64,000 nucleotides of DNA from assembly GCA_040390165.1 (NCBI GenBank), contig JAZJYW010000006.1:122985-186984 (forward strand), read 5' to 3'. The stretch is from Pseudomonadota bacterium. GTDB lineage: Bacteria > Pseudomonadota > Alphaproteobacteria > Sphingomonadales > Sphingomonadaceae. This document shows, one piece after another, positions 39,799-49,190 of the stretch. A model generated the notes under the pieces. It saw only the letters and a list, made by a program, of their open reading frames with translations. It was not told the origin of the DNA and did no database searches. Each line of letters starts with the position of its first letter. Positions within the stretch are counted from its first letter, which is position 1. A program made the position numbers and the translations under genes.

Positions 39799-40562
39799 CG
39801 GCGCAGTTGCGCGCCGAGCTCCGCGGTTCGCGGCTCCATATGCTCTGGTTGGCCGGCCAGGCCGAGCACCAGCTGGATGCCGGCGGCCGGACGCGGCAGC
39901 GCCAGCGCGATCGAGAACAGCCTGTCGCCAAGCCCGCAGGCGAAACCCCTGGCCCGTGTCGCATGGACGGACGCGCGAAGCTCTTCACGGAATGCGTCGT
40001 CGATGTGCCGGGCTTCGGGGGTGCGGTCGATCCATCGCTCGATCTCGCGGTCATCGTGCGCGGCGAGAAAGGCGGCGCCCAGCGTCGAGCTCGTGATCGA
40101 TACGCGGCTGCCCTTGCGCACCAGCCCGCTCAGCCCCGGCGGCGTGGCGACGTCCACCAATTGCAGCCACCCGCCCTGCGGCGCGGCGAGCGTGACGATC
40201 TGGCCGGTTCGCGCCGCGACCGACGCGACCAGCTTGCTCAGCGCGTCCCCGCCGAAATAATTCTCGGCCAGCCAATTGGCGAAGCCCATCAGCCGCGGCG
40301 AGGGGCGATAGACCTTTCCCTCGGCATCGATGAGAAGATAGGCGGCATCGACCATCGACTTGAGCAGCTGATCGGCGCTGGACGGGTGCAGATCGAGCGC
40401 GTGCGCGATATCGGTCGCGCGCAGCGGGCGGCGCACCGCCGCGAAATGCTCGAGCACGTCGAGCGCGCGCACCGCCGATTTCGAGATGTTCCGGCGCTCG
40501 CCGGGGTGCCGGATATCGCTGCTGGTGTGCCGGACGCTGCTGTCATGGGGATCGTGATCCAT
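39753..40562 (-). CDS. IclR-family transcriptional regulator
   Basis: KSAVRALDVLEHF...LRATDIAHALDLHPSS HTH, SSTLGAAFLA, TRARGFA. Confidence 0.85.
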   Translation of the reverse strand: MDHDPHDSSVRHTSSDIRHPGERRNISKSAVRALDVLEHFAAVRRPLRATDIAHALDLHPSSADQLLKSMVDAAYLLIDAEGKVYRPSPRLMGFANWLAENYFGGDALSKLVASVAARTGQIVTLAAPQGGWLQLVDVATPPGLSGLVRKGSRVSITSSTLGAAFLAAHDDREIERWIDRTPEARHIDDAFREELRASVHATRARGFACGLGDRLFSIALALPRPAAGIQLVLGLAGQPEHMEPRTAELGAQLRRYADSLTGEADSATP

Positions 40563-40675
40563 CGCGCCCTCTCCTACCCGCGAAACGCGCGTTTGTCCCC
40601 TGTGACGGGTGTTGAGCGCGGGCGATCGAGGCGCCTATTCCAGCCTTCGGAATCTCTAATGCCGCAGAGGCGGGG

Positions 40676-41560
40676 ATGTCGCGACCAATGAACGATCCGG
40701 GACCCCGCACGCAGACCGCACCCTCCTTCGAGCTGTCTCCGCCGAGACCCGGATCGCCCGCGCCCGACGCCCTGCGCGAACGGCGCACCATGTCCCTGCC
40801 CGGCGGATACCCGGTCGATGCGCGCATCGTCACGCGCGAGATCCAGCTCGGGCCCTTGTCGGGAATCTCCTGTACGCCGCCCGATGCGCACGGGGTGCTT
40901 TTCCACATGCATGGCGGCGGCTTCCGGCTGGGCTCTCCGGCCCGGAGCCAGCCCTTTGCCGCGACGCTGGCCGCGCGGCTGGGCTGCACCGTCATCCTGC
41001 CGGCTTATCCGCTCGCCCCCGAAAACCCGTTCCCGACGGCGCTGGCCGGCTTGCGCAAAGCGCTGGCGTCGGTGCAGGCGGACGGCCCGCTGGTGATCGG
41101 AGGCGATTCAGCGGGCGGCAATCTCGCCGTCGGCCTGTGCCTGCTCGGTGCGGCGGCCGATGCGCTGTTCCTGATCTCGCCCTGGCTAGACCTTCGCGTG
41201 GTTTCCGATGGCTATGATCGCAGCGCTGGGACCGACCGGCTGTTTTCCCGCGCCATGGCGTTAGAGGCGCGCGACATGTACCTTCAGGGGCATCCCGCCG
41301 ACGATCTCCTGGCGTCCCCGCTCCTCGCCCCGCTCGATGCCTTGCCGGACAGTTTCGTGCTGGCCGGGGGCGTCGAGGTACTGCTCGACGATAGCCTGGC
41401 CTTCGCGGCGCGGCTCGCCGCTGCCGGCGTCGACGTCGAGTGCCGCATCGTTCCCGACATGCAGCATGTCGCGCCGACCTTTGGCCCCGACTGGCCCGGC
41501 GCGGCGGCGGGGCTCGAGGCCGGCATCCAGTTTCTGAAGCGCCAGTTCGCGCGGCGATAA
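40676..41560 (+). CDS. HSL-family esterase/lactonase (alpha/beta hydrolase)
   Basis: HMHGGGF, YPLAPENPFP, GGDSAGG, EVLLDDS, MQHV. Confidence 0.9.
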   Translation: MSRPMNDPGPRTQTAPSFELSPPRPGSPAPDALRERRTMSLPGGYPVDARIVTREIQLGPLSGISCTPPDAHGVLFHMHGGGFRLGSPARSQPFAATLAARLGCTVILPAYPLAPENPFPTALAGLRKALASVQADGPLVIGGDSAGGNLAVGLCLLGAAADALFLISPWLDLRVVSDGYDRSAGTDRLFSRAMALEARDMYLQGHPADDLLASPLLAPLDALPDSFVLAGGVEVLLDDSLAFAARLAAAGVDVECRIVPDMQHVAPTFGPDWPGAAAGLEAGIQFLKRQFARR

Positions 41561-41604
41561 ACCCCGCCGCCGTCATCACGGCGGCGGCAAGAAGGATGAA
41601 GAGA

Positions 41605-42426
41605 ATGACTGGAACCACCGACATGTTTGGCCTGGCCGGGAAGACGGCGATCATCTGGGGCGGAGGCCAGAGCATGGGCGAGAGCTCCGCCATCTATCTC
41701 GGCCGCGCCGGCTGCCGGCTGGCGATCGTCGATGTGAACGAGTCCCGCGCCGGGGAAGCCGCCACACGGCTGGCCGCGCAGGGCTTCGAGACGATCGGGC
41801 TGGTCGCCGACATCACCAATGAAAGCGATGTCGAGCGCGCCACCGACCAAGCCGAAGCGGCGCTGGGGCCCATCGATATCATGGTGACGATCGTCGGCGC
41901 ATCGAGCTGGAAGCCCTTGCTCGACGTCACCGACGCCGATTGGTCGCGCGAGCTCGATCTCAACCTCAAATCGGTGCTGTACAGCGCGCGGACGGCGGCG
42001 CGGCGGATGTTGGCGTCGGGGCGCAAGGGCACGATCATCGCCGTCAACTCGGTCAGCGGCCTGACCTCGGCGCCCTTCCATGCCCCTTATGGTGCGGCAA
42101 AGGCCGGCCTGATGAACCTCGTCCGATCGATGGCGGTGGAATGGGGTCCGGACATCCGGGTGAATGCCGTCGCGCCAGGAACGATCGTCACCCAGCGGCT
42201 TCCCAAACAGGCGTCCGAAGACGATCCCGCCAGCCCCTTCCGCCGCCGCATCCCGCTGCAACGCCGCGGCACGACAGACGAGATCGGCAAGGGCGTCCTG
42301 TTCCTCGCCTCCGATCTCGCCAGCTATGTCACCGGGCAGACCTTGCCGGTGGATGGCGGCTGGATGGCGGCCTGGCTGTTCGACGTGCCGACCGAGGCGT
42401 CGCGGCCGACCAAGCTGGCGGAATAA
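41605..42426 (+). CDS. Short-chain dehydrogenase/reductase
   Basis: WGGGQSMG, SVSG, YGAAK, IRVNAVAPG, YVTGQTLPVDGG. Confidence 0.9.
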   Translation: MTGTTDMFGLAGKTAIIWGGGQSMGESSAIYLGRAGCRLAIVDVNESRAGEAATRLAAQGFETIGLVADITNESDVERATDQAEAALGPIDIMVTIVGASSWKPLLDVTDADWSRELDLNLKSVLYSARTAARRMLASGRKGTIIAVNSVSGLTSAPFHAPYGAAKAGLMNLVRSMAVEWGPDIRVNAVAPGTIVTQRLPKQASEDDPASPFRRRIPLQRRGTTDEIGKGVLFLASDLASYVTGQTLPVDGGWMAAWLFDVPTEASRPTKLAE

Positions 42427-42463
42427 AAAAAGGGGCGTTCAACCGAACGCCCCTCCCCCTTTT
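42425..42463. terminator. Intrinsic terminator between convergent SDR and TBDR
   Basis: Perfect 10-bp stem AGGGGCGTTC-AACC-GAACGCCCCT with an A7 run on the left (U-tract on minus strand) and TTTT on the right. Confidence 0.85.
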
Positions 42464-42477
42464 GCCTGTACGGATAT

Positions 42478-44862
42478 CTAGAAAGACATCCGCAATTCGA
42501 AGCCGCCCATCCGCGGCGGCCCCGGCCACGCGCTCAACAACCCGATCACGTTCACGAGCGCGAACTTGCCGGCATAGTATTTCTTGTCGGTGAGGTTGGT
42601 GACGAACGCTCCGATGTCGAACGGCGCACCGAACGGCCGGCGCCAGTCGGCACGTGCACTGAGCAGGCCATAGCCATCGGTCACCCCGACCTGGTTGAGA
42701 CACCAGCGCTCGATATTGCCGGGGCCGCAATTGGTCGAATTGGAATCGGTGGTCTGGAAACTGCTCTGGTAGCTATAGGTCATCGAGACCGATGCCTCAC
42801 CCTTGTCCGGCGCCATCGGGACGTTGAACTTGACCATTCCGGTGAACATGTTTTCGGGCGCGTAGGAGAACCGTGCGCTGGAATTGTCGACCGTGACCGG
42901 TCCACCGGTCGTGTTGAACACGTTGCTGTAATTGTCGTAGCGCGACTTGGTGAGCGCATAGGATGCGGACAGCGTCACGATCCGGTTGATGTTGATGTTC
43001 AGGTCCGTCTCCAGGCCATAGACGTGCGCTTGGGCGGCGTTGCGATCCTGCGCGGCGGTGACGCCGTTGAGCACCAGCGTGATGTTGCGCTGGAGATCCT
43101 TGTACCAGCCGTAATAGCCGGCGACGTTGAAGCGGACCGAGGTGTCTCCGAAGCGGAACTGATTCTTCGAACCGATTTCAACGTCGTTGACCAATTCGGG
43201 GCGGACGTCCGGCGAGGTCGCGGATCGGGCGGAGCCCGCACGGTATCCGCGGCGATGCGCCACATAGACCAGATTGTCCGGCGTGAACTGATAGTTCAGG
43301 CTGATATCCCAGGTCGGCTGGGTGAACTGCGCCTCGGTCTTGTACGAGCATAGCGAACGATCGGTCAGGTTGGCGATCACCACGGGCACGCCGCTCGCCA
43401 GGCACACATAGGGCTGGGTGACCGTTGCCGACAGCGCCCGCTGCTGGCGGACGTGCGAATCGATCGTTCGCGTATCCTTGGTGATCCGCCCGCCGAACGA
43501 GAGGCTCAGGCCCTGGGCGATGCCCGGCAACTTGATATTGGCATGCGCGAACGCCGAAATGCTGTCGTTCTTGCCAGTCAGGTCGGTGAAGTTCAGCGGA
43601 AGCGCGTTGAAGGTCTGCGCGTTGGTGAAATCATCGCCCTTCTCGGTCGAGTAAAAGGCGCCGAGGACATAGTCGACATTGCCGTTCTCGCCCTGGAGCT
43701 GCAATTCCTCGCTGAACTGGGTGCCGTTATAGCTGCCGAAGGTGTTGAAGATTCCCAGGCCGGAACCGTCGGCAAATGTGCTGAAATTATTCTCGATATC
43801 GCGATAGGCGATGATGTTTTTCAGGCGCGCCGAACCAAGCAGGCCGAGGTCCGAGCCGAGCTTGATCGTCATATTGTTCTGGATCGACAGCACCTTGTCC
43901 TTGTTCCGCGCCTTGAACAGCTCGCGATACTCGTAGAAGCCGAGTGCATTGCTGGCGGTGAGCTCGGCCTGGACGGCCGGGGCGAGCGCGGCGACGGGGA
44001 AGGTGCTGGAATTGAAGCCGATCAGCTTCGGCTGGAAACCGATGACGTCGCTATGGAAATAGGTGCCGATGAAATCGGAGGTGATGCCCCCGCCGGGGGT
44101 CAGCCGCAGCGTCGCGCGCAGCGACGTGTTGTCCTCATCCCAGCTGCGCTCGCCTGGCCGGAGCACGTTGCTGAAATAGCCGTCCATCTTGTGATATTTG
44201 CCGGCGACACGAAGCTGGGCGACATCGCTGATCGGGATGTTCACCATGCCTTCGAGGTCGCGCATGCCGAAATTGCCGGCCGAGACCTGGCCATAGCCCT
44301 CGAAGTCGCGCGAGGGCGCGTTGGGCGTCAACAGGATCGCGCCGCCGGTGGTATTGCGGCCGAACAGGGTTCCCTGAGGGCCCTTCAGGACCTGGACCGA
44401 TTGCAGATCGAAGACGGCCTGCGCCGAACCGGCCGAGCGCGCCGTGCCGACTTCGGCGAAATAGACGACGATCGCGGGATCGGCGGTGATGCGAGTGGCG
44501 TTCGCGCGCTGACCGCGGATCTGGTAGGCCGGCCTAGTGGTGCCCAGCGAGGTCGGAGTGACCGTCAGGCCTGGCGCAAGGCGCGGCAGATCGACGAGCG
44601 ACTGGACATTCTGCGTCCGCAGCGTCTCGGTCGACAGCGCCATCACGGAGACGGGAACGGCCTGAAGGCTTTCCTCCTTGCGGCGGGCGGTGATGACGAT
44701 TTCGCCGTCCTGTTCCGCGCGGGCGGCTTCCGCCTGGTCGCTCTGCGGCTTGGCAGTGACGGCGGGGCTGGATTGCGCCAGCGCCATCGATGGCCAGGCG
44801 ATCGCGCCAAGTGCTACGGAAGCACCCAATGCAAGCGTACGCGTCCTGGAAATCTTGATCAT
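42478..44862 (-). CDS. TonB-dependent receptor
   Basis: Signal peptide, EIVITARRKEESLQAVP, VQVLKGPQGTLFGRNTTGG, C-terminal Phe. Confidence 0.95.
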   Translation of the reverse strand: MIKISRTRTLALGASVALGAIAWPSMALAQSSPAVTAKPQSDQAEAARAEQDGEIVITARRKEESLQAVPVSVMALSTETLRTQNVQSLVDLPRLAPGLTVTPTSLGTTRPAYQIRGQRANATRITADPAIVVYFAEVGTARSAGSAQAVFDLQSVQVLKGPQGTLFGRNTTGGAILLTPNAPSRDFEGYGQVSAGNFGMRDLEGMVNIPISDVAQLRVAGKYHKMDGYFSNVLRPGERSWDEDNTSLRATLRLTPGGGITSDFIGTYFHSDVIGFQPKLIGFNSSTFPVAALAPAVQAELTASNALGFYEYRELFKARNKDKVLSIQNNMTIKLGSDLGLLGSARLKNIIAYRDIENNFSTFADGSGLGIFNTFGSYNGTQFSEELQLQGENGNVDYVLGAFYSTEKGDDFTNAQTFNALPLNFTDLTGKNDSISAFAHANIKLPGIAQGLSLSFGGRITKDTRTIDSHVRQQRALSATVTQPYVCLASGVPVVIANLTDRSLCSYKTEAQFTQPTWDISLNYQFTPDNLVYVAHRRGYRAGSARSATSPDVRPELVNDVEIGSKNQFRFGDTSVRFNVAGYYGWYKDLQRNITLVLNGVTAAQDRNAAQAHVYGLETDLNININRIVTLSASYALTKSRYDNYSNVFNTTGGPVTVDNSSARFSYAPENMFTGMVKFNVPMAPDKGEASVSMTYSYQSSFQTTDSNSTNCGPGNIERWCLNQVGVTDGYGLLSARADWRRPFGAPFDIGAFVTNLTDKKYYAGKFALVNVIGLLSAWPGPPRMGGFELRMSF

Positions 44863-45112
44863 GTTTCAGTCCTCTCCCGAGATGGCGGTTGGCGTCGCCG
44901 GTCCAGGCTTGGCGTGATCGTGAGCGGATTCCCTGCGGCCAAGCCCGTTGATGGAGCCCGCCGCCAGGAAGCACCTCACGATTTCACGCGTACCTTTGTT
45001 CTGACCGAGACGTAGATCGACAGCCTTTGGGAACAATCCCCCCCGCAGGGGACAGACAGCGCCGGCGCGGGGCGTAGGATCACGACGAAGCTGGTCGCCT
45101 GGGAGAGGGTAA

Positions 45113-46372
45113 ATGCTGAGTCGCGAACAAAATGACGATCTCACGCGGGTCGAGGGCGAGGCGCCGATGGGCGCGTTGCTGCGAAGCTGGGCGTGGTTTC
45201 CCTTCGCCATTTCCGCGCAGCTGGTAGCGGGCGAGGCGCCGCTACGCGTCCGGCTCCTCGGCGTGGATTATGTCGCGTTCCGCGCGCCCGATGGGCGCAT
45301 CGGCTTCATCGACGAGGCATGCCCGCATCGCGGCGTGTCCATGGCGCTGGCGCGAAACGAAGGCTGCGTGCTGCGATGCATCTTCCACGGTTGGGCAGTC
45401 GACGTGACCGGCCGCGTCGTGGAGGCGCCGACGCACCAGGGCGACACCACGGCATTCCTGAAGGGGATTCGCTCGCGCCAACATCCCGTGCGCGAACAGA
45501 GCGGCCTTGTCTGGGTGTGGCTGGGCGAGGCTCCGGCGGCCGACTTTCCGGACCTTCCCTTCTTCACGCTTCCCGACGACCATATCTGGATGACCGTCAC
45601 CAAGGTAGATTGCAACTGGCTGCAGGGCGTCGAAGGCTCGCTCGATTCGGCGCATGTCGGCACGCTGCACCAAAGTTGGGTGCCGCGTCTTGCCGCCAGC
45701 GTCTCGGGAGGCGCCACGATCGGACTGGCACTCAAGGCGGTCGCGCCGCGATACGAAATCGCGCGCACCCCGTTCGGGCTCAGTGCCTCCGCGGTCAGGC
45801 CGCTCGAAGACGATTCCACTTATGTGCGGACCACGCAATTCGTCGCGCCCTTCATCAATTTGGTGCCCGGCACCGGCCGCAACGAAGGCTCGATCTTCAT
45901 CGGCGTGCCGGTGGACGACACGCACCATTTGCTGTTCTTCGGATATTTCTCGGAATCGCTCGTGCTCGACGACGATTCTCCCCGCGTCCGCGCATTGATC
46001 GGCAACGACCGGCTCGATCCCCGCAACTTCGCGCCGTTCAAGGGATCGCGCGAGGACAATTGGGGACAGGACCGCGCCGCCATGGCGGCGGGCCATTTCA
46101 CGGGCTTCACCGATAATCTGCTTGAGGAGGACATCGTCGTCCAAGTGAGCATGGGCCCGATCGTCGATCGCACGCGCGAGCATCCCTCGTCGAGCGACGT
46201 GGCGATCGTCCAGGCGCGGATGCTGCTCCTGCGCGCATTGCGCAACCACGGCGCAGGCTTGCCGCCGCTGGCACCGAATCATGGCGAATGGACTGCGGAC
46301 GACGCGTTTCCAGTCGATCGCCTGGTCGCGGCGGGTGAGGACTGGCGCGCGGTTCCCGAACCGGCTGCCTGA
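45113..46372 (+). CDS. Rieske oxygenase, alpha-only type (phthalate 4,5-dioxygenase/LigX-like family)
   Basis: CPHRG...RCIFHGW, CNWLQGVEGSLDSAHVGTLH, EEDIVVQVSMGPIVDR. Confidence 0.9.
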   Translation: MLSREQNDDLTRVEGEAPMGALLRSWAWFPFAISAQLVAGEAPLRVRLLGVDYVAFRAPDGRIGFIDEACPHRGVSMALARNEGCVLRCIFHGWAVDVTGRVVEAPTHQGDTTAFLKGIRSRQHPVREQSGLVWVWLGEAPAADFPDLPFFTLPDDHIWMTVTKVDCNWLQGVEGSLDSAHVGTLHQSWVPRLAASVSGGATIGLALKAVAPRYEIARTPFGLSASAVRPLEDDSTYVRTTQFVAPFINLVPGTGRNEGSIFIGVPVDDTHHLLFFGYFSESLVLDDDSPRVRALIGNDRLDPRNFAPFKGSREDNWGQDRAAMAAGHFTGFTDNLLEEDIVVQVSMGPIVDRTREHPSSSDVAIVQARMLLLRALRNHGAGLPPLAPNHGEWTADDAFPVDRLVAAGEDWRAVPEPAA

Positions 46373-46425
46373 ACGCAGCAAGGCCGCCGATCGCCTGGTG
46401 ATGGCGATCGGCGGCCTTGCTGCGT

Positions 46426-46878
46426 TCAGGGTACGTGACGGAAGATCATCTGCGCGACGCAGGCCGGCTTATCCGCGCCCTCGCGCTCGACGGTGTATTC
46501 GATGATCGTCTGGAACATCTGGCCTACCGGCTCGAAGCTCAGGACCTTGGCCATTACCCGCAGCCGCGATCCCACCGGCACCGTGCTCGGGAAGCGCACC
46601 TTTTCGTATCCGTAGTTCAGGCCCATCTTGAAGCCGTCGAACTTGAACATGCCCTGGTTGAGGTCGGCGATCATCGACAGCGTCAGCAGGCCATGCGCGA
46701 TCGTGGTGCCGAACGGGCCGGTCCTGGCGCGCTCGACATCGACATGGATCCACTGGCGATCGCCGCTCGCGCTGGCGAACTCGTCGATGCGCTCCTGAGT
46801 CACTTCCACCCACTCGCCCGGCCCAAGCGTCTTGCCGAGCAGCCCGGGCAGCGACTCGCGGCTGAATAAGGTCGTCAT
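46426..46878 (-). CDS. MaoC-family (R)-enoyl-CoA hydratase/dehydratase
   Basis: QERIDEFASASGDRQWIHVD, TIAHGLLTLS, NYGYEKVRF. Confidence 0.92.
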   Translation of the reverse strand: MTTLFSRESLPGLLGKTLGPGEWVEVTQERIDEFASASGDRQWIHVDVERARTGPFGTTIAHGLLTLSMIADLNQGMFKFDGFKMGLNYGYEKVRFPSTVPVGSRLRVMAKVLSFEPVGQMFQTIIEYTVEREGADKPACVAQMIFRHVP

Positions 46879-46883
46879 CGCGC

Positions 46884-47804
46884 TCAGCCTCCCATCCGCA
46901 GGCCGGGCGCGCGCGTTCCGAACAGGTCGGTCGCGAGGATCTTGCCGATTTCCTCGGTCTTCCAGCGCTTGCCGCCGCTGGTGATGCCGGCCGCCTCATG
47001 CCATCCTTTGAGCACCGACAGCCGGTCGCGGACCGCGCGGATGCACTGGCCGCTGACCATCTGCGCCTCGTCGCTTGCAAGCCAGGCGACGGCAGGCGAG
47101 CCGAGCGACGGATCGAGCGGATCGAACTCATCGGGACCGAAATCGTCGGGCTCCTTGGGTGCGCCCATACCCAAGGTCGAGGAAATCCGCGTCAGCCCGC
47201 CCGGCGAGATAAGGTTGGCCGTGACGCCGATCGCGGCGAGCTCGACCGCGAGCGTCAGCGTCAGGCCGGCGATGCCCGCCTTGGCCGCGGCGTAATTCGT
47301 CTGGCCGAAATTGCCGAGAAGGCCGGCGCCCGAGGTGGTGTTGATGATCCGGCCCGGATAGCGGCCGCTGCCGGCCTTGGCGACGGCGCGCCAATGCTGC
47401 GCCGCGGCCCGGCAGGTCAGCCAGGTTCCGCGCAGATGCACGTTCATCACCAGATCGAAATCGTCCACCGACATGTTCCAGATCGCCTTGTCGCGGACGA
47501 TCCCGGCATTGTTGACGACGATGTCGAGGCGGCCCCATTGGTCGATGCCGCGCTTGACCATCGCTTCGGCGGCAGCCTCGTCGCCGACATTGCCATAATC
47601 GGCGACGGCATCGCCGCCGCGTGCCTTGATGATGTCGACCACGACATCGGCGTCGCGCCCTTCGCCCTCGCCTTTGGCATTGCCGCCCAGATCGTTGATC
47701 ACGACCCTCGCGCCCTGCCGCGCCAGCTCGAGCGCGTGGCCGCGGCCGATGCCATGGCCCGCGCCGGTGACCAGCGCGACCTTGCCGTCCAGAATTCCTG
47801 CCAT
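46884..47804 (-). CDS. SDR, MFE-2-type 3-hydroxyacyl-CoA dehydrogenase-like
   Basis: VTGAGHGIG, VVINDLG, VNNAGIVRD, GNFGQTNYAAAK. Confidence 0.9.
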   Translation of the reverse strand: MAGILDGKVALVTGAGHGIGRGHALELARQGARVVINDLGGNAKGEGEGRDADVVVDIIKARGGDAVADYGNVGDEAAAEAMVKRGIDQWGRLDIVVNNAGIVRDKAIWNMSVDDFDLVMNVHLRGTWLTCRAAAQHWRAVAKAGSGRYPGRIINTTSGAGLLGNFGQTNYAAAKAGIAGLTLTLAVELAAIGVTANLISPGGLTRISSTLGMGAPKEPDDFGPDEFDPLDPSLGSPAVAWLASDEAQMVSGQCIRAVRDRLSVLKGWHEAAGITSGGKRWKTEEIGKILATDLFGTRAPGLRMGG

Positions 47805-47809
47805 TGCTT

Positions 47810-48229
47810 CTAACTCCCTGCCGGACTGAACACCGGTATTGTCACGTCGTCTGAAATCGCTTCGAACCCGACCTCGACCGGCATGCCGATGCTGAGATCC
47901 TCGGGCGCGGCGCCGGTGATGATGGTGGTGACCCGCACGCCCTCGTCCAGATCGACCTGCGCCGCGATGTACGGCAGCTTGGCGTTGAACGGGGGCAGGT
48001 CGTTCACGAACACCGTCGACCAGGTATAGAGCGTGCCGCGCCCGCCCGCCGGTACGAGCGTCACTGCCTCGCTCCAGCAATGCGGGCACATCGGCCGCGG
48101 ATAATAATGGATGCGCGCGCAGGAATCGCAGCGCCCGAGCATCAATACGCCTTGGCGCAATGCATCCCAGAATGGCCTGGTTTCAGCTTCGATCGTCGGC
48201 AGATCGAAACGCGGCGCGGTGCTTGCCAT
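47810..48229 (-). CDS. DUF35 Zn-ribbon/OB-fold protein
   Basis: ETRPFW...RCDSC...YPRPMCPHC, GRGTLYTWS, VDLDEGVR, PVF. Confidence 0.92.
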   Translation of the reverse strand: MASTAPRFDLPTIEAETRPFWDALRQGVLMLGRCDSCARIHYYPRPMCPHCWSEAVTLVPAGGRGTLYTWSTVFVNDLPPFNAKLPYIAAQVDLDEGVRVTTIITGAAPEDLSIGMPVEVGFEAISDDVTIPVFSPAGS

Positions 48230-49035
48230 CAATACCCCCTGAACTGAACGGGACGCTTCTCGACGAACGCCGCCACGCCTTCCCTGACGTCCTCGGTCTT
48301 CCCGTTGATTTCCTGGGCCATGGCTTCCGCAAGGAACGCGCCCGCGCGATCGCTGTCGAGCGATGCGTTGAGCAGCCGCTTGGAAAGGCCGATCGCGGTC
48401 GTCGCCCCCTCGGCCAGCCGGCGAGCCAGCGCATTCGCCTCGGCCTCGAGCTCGGCAGCGGCGCAGAGCCGGTTGACCATGCCGAGACCCAGCGCATCCC
48501 GCGCGGTCAGCCGATCGCCCAGAAAGGCGAGCTCCTTGGCCTTTTGCAGGCCGACCCGGCGCGGCAGCAGATAGGCGCCGGCGGCGTCGAGCGCGAGACC
48601 GCGCAGCACGAAGGGCTGCGAGAACCAGGCCTCCTCGGCGGCGACGACCAGATCGCATGCAAGCGCGAGATGCGCGCCCATTCCCGCCGCCGGACCCTGC
48701 ACGGCGGCGACCACTGGCTTGCCGCAATCCAGGATCGCCGCGATCAGCATCTGCGCGCCGCCAAGCATGGTGCGCATCGTCGTACCAACCGGCCGCGACG
48801 TCGCCAGCGCCCCGGACATCCGGCTGACATCGGCGCCCGAGCAGAAATGCTTGCCCGTCGACTGGAGCAGAACGGCGCGCACCGCGACGTCCGCATCCGC
48901 CTGCGCGAAAAGCTCGACCAGCCGGTCGCGCGATTCGGGCGGGATCGCGTTCGCGCGTTCGGCGCGATTGAGCGTAATCCGCATGACGCCATCGGCGACA
49001 TCGCTCAGCACCATATCAGCGGCGGCCTCGGCCAA
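48229..49035 (-). CDS. Crotonase-family protein, PaaG-like isomerase
   Basis: LNRAERANA, FCSGAD, GPAAGMGAHLALACD, PFVLRGLALDAAG (no catalytic Glu; Asp at the PaaG-like position). Confidence 0.88.
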   Translation of the reverse strand: MAEAAADMVLSDVADGVMRITLNRAERANAIPPESRDRLVELFAQADADVAVRAVLLQSTGKHFCSGADVSRMSGALATSRPVGTTMRTMLGGAQMLIAAILDCGKPVVAAVQGPAAGMGAHLALACDLVVAAEEAWFSQPFVLRGLALDAAGAYLLPRRVGLQKAKELAFLGDRLTARDALGLGMVNRLCAAAELEAEANALARRLAEGATTAIGLSKRLLNASLDSDRAGAFLAEAMAQEINGKTEDVREGVAAFVEKRPVQFRGY

Positions 49036-49190
49036 TGTGCAACCTCCCGTTCAACAGGCAGATTTCGGCTGCCCTGTACCGCAATCGGGGTTAGCGGGCA
49101 CGCCGAGTTCCGGGCCAGTCCCCGTTACGGTGACAGTCAGCCGGCGAGAAACGCAGTATCACGGGTCAATCTTGGAACAGGGGATCGTAG

